Shown piece by piece: positions 57,086-64,000 of a stretch of DNA of 64,000 nt. The stretch's first letter is position 1; each line of letters starts with the position of its first letter. A program made the translations under genes and the position numbers. The DNA comes from a virus. Lineage: Duplodnaviria > Caudoviricetes. Location of the stretch: the IMG/VR virus record IMGVR_UViG_3300033074_001783, positions 32,001 through 96,000 of that record. One strand, 5' to 3'. The notes under the pieces were generated by a model that was given only the letters and a program-made list of their open reading frames with translations, was not told the DNA's origin and ran no database searches.

Positions 57086-57880
57086 TCAACTTCCTCTCAA
57101 CAATCCAACAAAAGCAAAACTATCTGTGCGATATCTTGCGGCATTAGGCCCGTAACAACTATTGCCACGCGAAGAAAAAGGAGGAGTTAAACCAAATGAC
57201 ATGTTGCTTCCTGACATCGCAGCATAAGCATCAACAAATGGTTGACTTAAATTTGTGAAAAAATTTATGTAGTTGGCTTCTTGGGTCGTATCTTCAAAAG
57301 CAGACTGATAGGTTGGATCGTTGGAAGCAAACCCAGACACCAAGACGGCACCCTCATAAGAATCCCCAAATTTTTCTTCTCCTTCGTCAAGAAAAGGCAT
57401 TACACTTTCTCCTGTGATAAATTGCTCATTTTCTGAATCCCAAGAGGCGTGCACGCCTCTTGTTTGTTTGACACCTTCAGCAGACGGCAACTTAAAAACA
57501 ATTGGCAATGGTTCTATGGCAGCTTCTTGTTGCCGCTGCGGGCCACCGTTTAACCATATTGGAAAACGATAGTCAGACCCAAAGGTCAAATAAGATACAA
57601 TGTCAAATTTTGGCAAATCTTCTTGAGCTACCGAACCAAAGAAATCAGTGAAAGGTGTAACATCACCTATGGTATTGAAATTCTGTTCATGGGAAATGAC
57701 TCCAAAAGAATCAACTTGGCCACCCCACACTTTTGGTTGAGAGGAACCATAAAGTTGAGACATGTTTTTCAAATCTATTCCTTGGCGAAGGTTGCCGAAG
57801 GCTGACGTATCGGTGTTAGGATCTGTGGTTAAAACTTGTTTTGTTGGAGGCAGGATGGTATCATCAAAAACGAAACTCAT
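57086..57880 (-). CDS. Hypothetical virion protein
   Basis: 264 aa; AAGGA RBS. Confidence 0.5.
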   Translation of the reverse strand: MSFVFDDTILPPTKQVLTTDPNTDTSAFGNLRQGIDLKNMSQLYGSSQPKVWGGQVDSFGVISHEQNFNTIGDVTPFTDFFGSVAQEDLPKFDIVSYLTFGSDYRFPIWLNGGPQRQQEAAIEPLPIVFKLPSAEGVKQTRGVHASWDSENEQFITGESVMPFLDEGEEKFGDSYEGAVLVSGFASNDPTYQSAFEDTTQEANYINFFTNLSQPFVDAYAAMSGSNMSFGLTPPFSSRGNSCYGPNAARYRTDSFAFVGLLRGS

Positions 57881-57895
57881 GGGAAAATGGTCCTT

Positions 57896-60800
57896 TTAGA
57901 ACTTTGAGATGTTTCCCGCGAATTGCTGAAGTGTTATCGTATCTTTCAATCCGTGACGAGTATCTTCTCCCAAATACATATCAGAGAAACGATATTCTAT
58001 TTTTGGTCGTTCCAGCATGTGCGACTCAACAACATAATTTGTGCCAAGAAATTTCGTTTTTCTTGGCAGTAGATTGGCAATCGTTTTGCCAAGATTCATG
58101 TCAAACCATTTGTAAAACTCAAAAAATATTTTGATTTGTATTTTGTCCACAAGACGGTTGAAGTAAACATTTCTAAGTTGCTCAAGGTCTTTGTAGTCGG
58201 ATGCGAACATTTGCTCTGTTCCTCCCAACACATTGTTCAACTCATCCAAACTAGCAAACATGGTAATGATGTCTTGATTGAGCAGGTCTACAACGGACAT
58301 GTCAATAGAAAACCTTGCGTTGTCCTGTGGCTCTTCTGATTTTTCTATGTCATACGTTGGAGCCATAGAAACATAATCGTTTTCTTCGTTTGATATGTTC
58401 TCAAAATTTTGGAAACTGCGAACCCTAACTTTGTTTGTTGTGGCTCCATCATCAAAATGGCTGGATAAATAACTGTAGTAAATTGTCTCAGGTGAAATGA
58501 TATTCGCGCTAGGTGCAAAACCAACCCCCGACAGGTGCATGTTGTTTTGGGAATAGTCAAACAACTGCAACTCACCAGAAATGTTTGAAGAGGTGACAGC
58601 TTGATCACAAGGCACATCCAGCCTCAAACGTTCATATGAACCAGAAGCGCTCGTGACGAAATTAAAATAAGTTTTTGGGTTAAGAACGCCCAACGATTTT
58701 GGATTTCTTACATGTTCTTTCCACTCTTTGTCTGAAATGCCTTTGGACCAAAATCTTATTTGTGATATTTTACTATCAGTATAAGTGCTGTTTGCACCAG
58801 ATATTGAATTAAGACAACAATCTGATGCTGCAAATGACTGAGAGCCATAAACCAAATAAGAACCAGAAGGATTATAACTGCCGTTTAAAGAAGAAAACAG
58901 ATTGAGGCCATAACCACCAAAACCATTGTCATCAAAAAACACAGAAGAACTATACGCTTCCTCTATATCTCCGTAACTCTGTCGTGCTGCTCTTAAAAAA
59001 TACGAAGAAGAAACATGCCCCAATTCATCTCCTCTGTTTCTTCCAAATGAAATTGACCAATTCTGTCCGTCCATTGGGTTAAACCCGGTTAATGACATTG
59101 ACAACGTTGGTGCGGAGCCAGTGGCATTAGGTCTAGCATAAAGGGTAACACCTGTGCCTGACAATGCCAACAAATTTGCAAGCAGATATGTTTGACTTCC
59201 GGTTGTTTGTAGTCTTGCTATGCTTTGTGTTGGGTAAGAAGGTCTGAAAAATTTATAAGTTCCCTCAACTGTCCACGACCCAGAAGTCCACAACCCATCA
59301 CTTGCTGTTCCTTGAACGGTTGGATATCCCGGCTCTATTCTGCTTGAAGACAAGAAAGGAGAGTAAGCTAAAGCGCTGCCAGAAAGATTCAACGTTCCGA
59401 CCGCTTCGCTTCGTTTTTCTCTTGCTCCGATGAGAGATCTTTTGGTTGCACCTCCGTACTCTCTTATACGGAAATTGTTGTCTGGGTCTATTCCTATAGA
59501 ACGAATAAAAGATTTAACTCCATGTATGGTTCCTTTGGAGTTAAGAACGTCTTGTATGTTTATCAAAATTCTTCGCCAAATGCTGTTTTGGATTTCAAAA
59601 AGACTTCTGTCTCCGTTCTCAAGATTTTCTGCATTGATAAACTGTTGAACAGAAGAATTTGAAAACAAACTTGGTAGTTTTATGCCAAATTTATCAGCAA
59701 GGGTTTGTAAAAACTCGTCTGGAACTGTATCGTTTGTGTCGTAGTCAACCGCGAGTATATTTCCGAACGAATCCAAAAACAGTTTCAACTCATCATAAAA
59801 ACTTGCGCATGTGTACAGAAGCATTAGCAGCACTTGTGTTTTGCCCAACGAAGCATCTCTCACGCCCGTTGTGCCGTAGTTCAAAAGATCTACAACATCT
59901 CCATCCACGGTTGACAAAGCATCTTGGTACTGTCCCTCCAACAACATGTGCGGCGGAATTAAATTAACAATCCAATTTGGGTTGTTGTTGTCATGTGTTT
60001 TAGCCAAAGATATTAAAGAACCTGTTAGTTCAGCTATGCTTGGTACAGCGCTGAAAAGTATTGGGTTATTTTTCAATTGTTCTTTGGTGACAGGAGAAAC
60101 GCCTGCATAACTTGAGGTTGCAAATTCTCTAACGCCCAACACGGTTGAAGAATAAGAATTCAAAGTACCGTGCAAACCATTACCTGAATGATCCAAAACT
60201 ATTTGACTTGCACTTCCAGAAGGTTCGTTAAACTTATAATAAAGTTTAAGATCATCGTTAGCATATACGCTCCTGTTTTGATAGGTGTTTCGTTCTTCTG
60301 GTGTTCTGATAGAATGCCAGATTCTCAATTCATCAATGGCACCGGACAGTGTGTTGATTGGTGTGAATCCACCCATCTCCGAGCCAGAACCAATCGTTAT
60401 TGGCGCTGCATCAAACAGCAGATTGCCAATCTCAAATGCACTTGAGCTCGCCACAAGTTGTTGATTGTTAAATCCATAGATTTTTGAGATACCGGGAGTA
60501 CGATCCCACACAAAAGCAAGATGATTAAATACGCCCTTTGTAATTGGTACAGCAGAAGAACTAAGCACAGAAGAGCCAGACACGATAACCATCTGCACAT
60601 CTGCCGTGCTAGTGGAACTAGTTCCACTAAGGAATATTCCAAAACCTTGGTTATTGGATCCAAAAGAGGAAGAAACTTTCTGTAAAATAACCTGATTGGA
60701 ATTTGTAATGGTTGGCAAAAATAAATGAAACTCTGTTGTCATTGACAACGAACCGGGATTTATGATACTTCTTCCTGTGGCCGAACGAACCAGAGTGGGG

Positions 60801-61267
60801 TATTCACCACCAACTATATCTTTTGTGGTAACGAAAGTTCCACCACCAGACTCATAACCGCTTTTAGTTCCAGACAAACACAGATAACCAACATTTTTTG
60901 GGAAAAGATCATAAACATATTTTTCATATCCAGTTAAAGAATCAAAAAATACTTCATTTTCTTCTTTGGTTCCATCAAAAGGAAATACATCAAATATTTT
61001 TCTTACCGCAGCGTTGACTTTTACTTGTGCAGAATGAAAAAAAACATGGTTTGCAAAATCACTCCAATCAACTTTTAGTTGTTGAGTAGACTTGAGGCCG
61101 TGACCCTGTAGATCGTATCTGTAAGAAGAACTGTTGCCCAACGCCGACGCAGACATTTCAGAAAGTGTAAACGTCTGAACATTTCCACCTGTTTGACGAA
61201 TAGATCTTACAACCGATGGAACAAACAAAGTTGGTTTGTTGATAAGCAGGTTTCTTGGGGCTGGCAT
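57896..61267 (-). CDS. Baseplate wedge-like protein with LamG-like domains (gp7 / P2 gpI-like core)
   Basis: FNHLAFVW, GAIDELRIW, LYYKFNE (LamG-like); LA..FGI.L...IWRRIL.N..SKGT..GVKS..R..GI; HMLERPK. Confidence 0.65.
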   Translation of the reverse strand: MPAPRNLLINKPTLFVPSVVRSIRQTGGNVQTFTLSEMSASALGNSSSYRYDLQGHGLKSTQQLKVDWSDFANHVFFHSAQVKVNAAVRKIFDVFPFDGTKEENEVFFDSLTGYEKYVYDLFPKNVGYLCLSGTKSGYESGGGTFVTTKDIVGGEYPTLVRSATGRSIINPGSLSMTTEFHLFLPTITNSNQVILQKVSSSFGSNNQGFGIFLSGTSSTSTADVQMVIVSGSSVLSSSAVPITKGVFNHLAFVWDRTPGISKIYGFNNQQLVASSSAFEIGNLLFDAAPITIGSGSEMGGFTPINTLSGAIDELRIWHSIRTPEERNTYQNRSVYANDDLKLYYKFNEPSGSASQIVLDHSGNGLHGTLNSYSSTVLGVREFATSSYAGVSPVTKEQLKNNPILFSAVPSIAELTGSLISLAKTHDNNNPNWIVNLIPPHMLLEGQYQDALSTVDGDVVDLLNYGTTGVRDASLGKTQVLLMLLYTCASFYDELKLFLDSFGNILAVDYDTNDTVPDEFLQTLADKFGIKLPSLFSNSSVQQFINAENLENGDRSLFEIQNSIWRRILINIQDVLNSKGTIHGVKSFIRSIGIDPDNNFRIREYGGATKRSLIGAREKRSEAVGTLNLSGSALAYSPFLSSSRIEPGYPTVQGTASDGLWTSGSWTVEGTYKFFRPSYPTQSIARLQTTGSQTYLLANLLALSGTGVTLYARPNATGSAPTLSMSLTGFNPMDGQNWSISFGRNRGDELGHVSSSYFLRAARQSYGDIEEAYSSSVFFDDNGFGGYGLNLFSSLNGSYNPSGSYLVYGSQSFAASDCCLNSISGANSTYTDSKISQIRFWSKGISDKEWKEHVRNPKSLGVLNPKTYFNFVTSASGSYERLRLDVPCDQAVTSSNISGELQLFDYSQNNMHLSGVGFAPSANIISPETIYYSYLSSHFDDGATTNKVRVRSFQNFENISNEENDYVSMAPTYDIEKSEEPQDNARFSIDMSVVDLLNQDIITMFASLDELNNVLGGTEQMFASDYKDLEQLRNVYFNRLVDKIQIKIFFEFYKWFDMNLGKTIANLLPRKTKFLGTNYVVESHMLERPKIEYRFSDMYLGEDTRHGLKDTITLQQFAGNISKF

Positions 61268-62811
61268 TATTCTATCACCTTAAAAGAAAACCCTTGATTT
61301 AATATCAAATAATCACGATTATTTTCACGGATTAAAAATTCCAACTCATACATTTGATTTATCTCTAGATCTTCCATGTGCATGTCAAAGTACATACCTT
61401 CGCCATCGCTTGAAAGTTTTGTTCCGTTGTAAACGGTATCAAACGGAATTGCTATTTGTTGACTATACGGCACTTTCAACCTCCAGTGCATGTTGGCATA
61501 CACTTCTGAGGCTAATTCTACTGGTATCATGTTGTGTCGTAAATCTGTGTTAAAATCTTGAACAAAAACACGAAATCTGACTATCTCGTTTTTAGAATAT
61601 TGGTATTTCAAATTTATGATATTCATCATAAAATTTCGTTCCGCAACATTGCTTGCCGTTCCAATCATTTTTTTGATTGTCAGATAACTTGCAGAAGTAA
61701 ACGTAACCGTGCGATCAAGTGATTGCCACAAAGGCAAAAAACTGGCCTTTTCATCATTCGCAAGAAACGATTTAAGGTAATCTGAATTTGAATCAAGACT
61801 GAATGTGGCGTAGTAAATGCCTTCCTGTTCTCTGGAGCCAGTGAAGGAACTTGAAAAATAAACAAAAGAAGATGAGTAATAGGTCACATTCGCTTTGTGC
61901 GTATCGCTATAACTCGTTGTCAACACGTTTATGCTTTTAGAACCAACCAGTGTTAGCATCAAAGGAGAAGAGCCTGACATCGGAAAACTTCCAGAATAGA
62001 AATCTTCGTTTGTTCCGAATGGACGATTGAAAATATAAATTTTGTTCTGTCTGTTGAAATAGGCATTTAAAGATGTGTCTGTCGTGCTGTCATCAAAATG
62101 CAAATCTATTCTCGGATGAGTTAAATGATCTCTGGTGTGTCTTGTTGAAAAACGTTTTACAAAATAAGTTGTTTCATTTTCTTCCTCAGATGGCGTGTAA
62201 GAAAGCCTGAAACCGTAATCTGGAATTACTCCAGCAACCACTCCAGATACCAGAGTTGTCACATCCATACAGAGGTTTTCGTCTCCTCTTGCAAAGCTCT
62301 GTGTAACCCACAGTGGAACACTACCAATAGAAGGAGAGAGAGTACCAGAAACATAGTAATCCAAATCACTTGTTCCAAGCGTGCCGGATGCCATAACCCC
62401 ACCAGACGCCCAAAGATTGCCCACCGAAGAAGACAACCAATTGGTTGCATCAATATCCCTGTAGCCAATTACATCTATTCCTCTCCCTTCTTGGAAACTT
62501 CTTGCAAGAGGCGCAAGAGAGAGGGTATAGTTTGATGGAACAGGGTGACCCGAATAAATGTCAGACAAACGTAAAAAACATTTAAAATTTGGTTGTGTTA
62601 AATTAGAAGAAGAAATAGAAGACAAGTCAAATTTTAATAAACCCCTGCTTATCTCAACGGGCGCTACCGTGCCGGATAGAAACGTTTCATCAAACAGTTT
62701 ATATAAATCCAATGTACCAGCTTGCCCTGTGTTGGAATCATACACACGACTGCCTTGTACTATTTTTGATGTGACATAAGCGTCTTGAATGCACGGTAGA
62801 ATTCTTCTCAT
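61267..62811 (-). CDS. Virion structural protein
   Basis: DAYV, SRGLLKFDL, F.EGRG, GFRL, F.TRH...P pattern of beta-sandwich baseplate proteins. Confidence 0.5.
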   Translation of the reverse strand: MRRILPCIQDAYVTSKIVQGSRVYDSNTGQAGTLDLYKLFDETFLSGTVAPVEISRGLLKFDLSSISSSNLTQPNFKCFLRLSDIYSGHPVPSNYTLSLAPLARSFQEGRGIDVIGYRDIDATNWLSSSVGNLWASGGVMASGTLGTSDLDYYVSGTLSPSIGSVPLWVTQSFARGDENLCMDVTTLVSGVVAGVIPDYGFRLSYTPSEEENETTYFVKRFSTRHTRDHLTHPRIDLHFDDSTTDTSLNAYFNRQNKIYIFNRPFGTNEDFYSGSFPMSGSSPLMLTLVGSKSINVLTTSYSDTHKANVTYYSSSFVYFSSSFTGSREQEGIYYATFSLDSNSDYLKSFLANDEKASFLPLWQSLDRTVTFTSASYLTIKKMIGTASNVAERNFMMNIINLKYQYSKNEIVRFRVFVQDFNTDLRHNMIPVELASEVYANMHWRLKVPYSQQIAIPFDTVYNGTKLSSDGEGMYFDMHMEDLEINQMYELEFLIRENNRDYLILNQGFSFKVIE

Positions 62812-62819
62812 GATACCCT

Positions 62820-63314
62820 TTATTTTTCTGCCACGAGACCCAAAGCTCTGTATGCGGCGCCGAGGTTGTCTCTTACTTTTGCAGCCATACTTTGTGCTTT
62901 TGGCGCATTGGTAGCCTCTCTAGCAATAAGATCATATATGTTTACCAAACCTTCAATAATTTGACCGTGACCAATTCTTTGGTCAAAGAATTTTGGTTCA
63001 TTGATTTTTGCGGCACCTTTGATGATCATTTGATTACCAACTTTCAACCCCAAGATCAAATGATCATTCCGTGTTGTTGGAGTTGGTTTTGGCTCAGATG
63101 GTTTTGCTGTCTCTTTCCAAGAAGGAGAGCCAATCCTTGTTGCAGGCGTAGGCGCAGGTTGTGTGGGAGCAGGACTTGGTGTTTGTCCCAATTTTGATCC
63201 GTCTGTTGGTTGGTTTTTACGACCAGTTATCTTGTCCCAAAAACCAGCTTCTTCCAACTCTTGTTCTTCTTCTGTAACGAGTTGTTCTAAAAGTAGAAAT
63301 TCTTGTATTTGCAT
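62820..63314 (-). CDS. Hypothetical protein with LxE leader
   Basis: MQIQEFLLLEQLVTEEEQELEE-AGFWD, followed by a Pro/Thr linker; ATACTTA 5 nt upstream. Confidence 0.6.
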   Translation of the reverse strand: MQIQEFLLLEQLVTEEEQELEEAGFWDKITGRKNQPTDGSKLGQTPSPAPTQPAPTPATRIGSPSWKETAKPSEPKPTPTTRNDHLILGLKVGNQMIIKGAAKINEPKFFDQRIGHGQIIEGLVNIYDLIAREATNAPKAQSMAAKVRDNLGAAYRALGLVAEK

Positions 63315-63335
63315 GAACGTAAGTATGAAGAAACT

Positions 63336-64000
63336 TCACACCACGGTTCCTATGAGGTCATGTTCTTTGTATTTGATTTCAAACATAGATCCCGGTGGTC
63401 CTATCAAGAGTCCTTTGTAGGTGTTGGAAGAAACATCAAATTGAACATCACTATAGGTACGAGTACCAGCAGTGCCGGTTATGTTACGAAACTGCAAATT
63501 CTGTACGCTAACAACACCTTGGTTGTTGAAAATAATGTTTCTCACATGCTCAAGGCTAAGTGCTTGATCAATTTCAAATTTTTTAATGTTGAAATAATCA
63601 GCCAGTTTTACCAAAACTCCTTGCAATATCTGTTGTTTGTTGTTTGAATCTGGGTCTGCAACAATGGTAAATTCCAATTGCAAATTCACAACAGCAACAT
63701 CCAGAATATCGTAAGCATCGCTGATCAATCTAAATTCATTGAGATATTTTGCAATGTTCTTTTTAAGTAAATCTGGTGCTATGGCCAGTTCTCCGTTTTG
63801 ATTGCGAGAAATTACATAAATCCTTGTAGCAAGAGGATTGTTTGGGTTCTCTCTGGTTGCCACTCTGAATGCACGACCAAAATTAGATGGCATCCTGTAT
63901 ATTCTTGAAATTAAATCTGGATTAGAAACTATTCTTCCTTGGGCGTTTTTTGCGCTACCAATCAACATTTTCAGATCGTCCAAAGTTGGAGGATCATCTC
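63336..64000 (-). CDS. Baseplate wedge protein (T4 gp6 / baseplate J-like), C-terminal part; starts beyond the right edge
   Basis: Frame open to the edge: DDPPTLDDLK...AQGRIVS..D...IY.MP..FG; NIAKYL..FR.ISD; GVVSV; FEIKY...D. Confidence 0.8.
   Translation of the reverse strand, partial: DDPPTLDDLKMLIGSAKNAQGRIVSNPDLISRIYRMPSNFGRAFRVATRENPNNPLATRIYVISRNQNGELAIAPDLLKKNIAKYLNEFRLISDAYDILDVAVVNLQLEFTIVADPDSNNKQQILQGVLVKLADYFNIKKFEIDQALSLEHVRNIIFNNQGVVSVQNLQFRNITGTAGTRTYSDVQFDVSSNTYKGLLIGPPGSMFEIKYKEHDLIGTVV

Noticed and set aside
1-64000. Stop-codon reassignment, as seen in some large phages
   Set aside because: Conserved genes are full length in the standard code, and TAA, TAG and TGA all end genes at expected positions
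1-64000. Bacterial chromosome or eukaryotic giant virus origin, suggested by groEL, SbcCD and the kinase
   Set aside because: T4-like portal, protease, MCP, neck, sheath, terminase and baseplate genes dominate the window
1-64000. tRNA, rRNA or structured ncRNA genes
   Set aside because: Intergenic gaps are mostly under 70 bp (largest about 120 bp at 8629-8746), and I could not recognise a cloverleaf or known RNA motif by eye

Overview
This 64-kb window is from a large T4-like (myovirus, jumbo-type) bacteriophage and uses the standard genetic code. It is almost entirely minus-strand, with one plus-strand island at 20.0-25.8 kb. It holds the virion morphogenesis module: tail sheath (partial), tail terminator, two neck proteins, major capsid protein, scaffold, prohead protease, portal, intein-containing terminase and a 22-kb baseplate/tail block. 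It also encodes a GroEL-like chaperonin, a fused Mre11-Rad50 (SbcD-SbcC), primase, a RuvC-like resolvase, a head-completion nuclease and two free-standing GIY-YIG endonucleases. The most notable signal is a set of about 14 small proteins that share an N-terminal amphipathic leader ending in an L/I-x-E site like the T4 prohead-protease site. Ten of them look like protein-modifying enzymes: seven tandem GNAT-like paralogs, two ADP-ribosyltransferase-like proteins of different clades and one kinase-like protein. I infer a capsid-packaged, co-injected protein-modification arsenal. Also seen: a stand-alone copy of part of the capsid protein, a TAnTTA putative late promoter 5-10 nt before start codons, a hairpin sequestering the portal start codon, and a dispersed 21-26 bp repeat. 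All functional calls come from motif recognition by eye; no searches were run.
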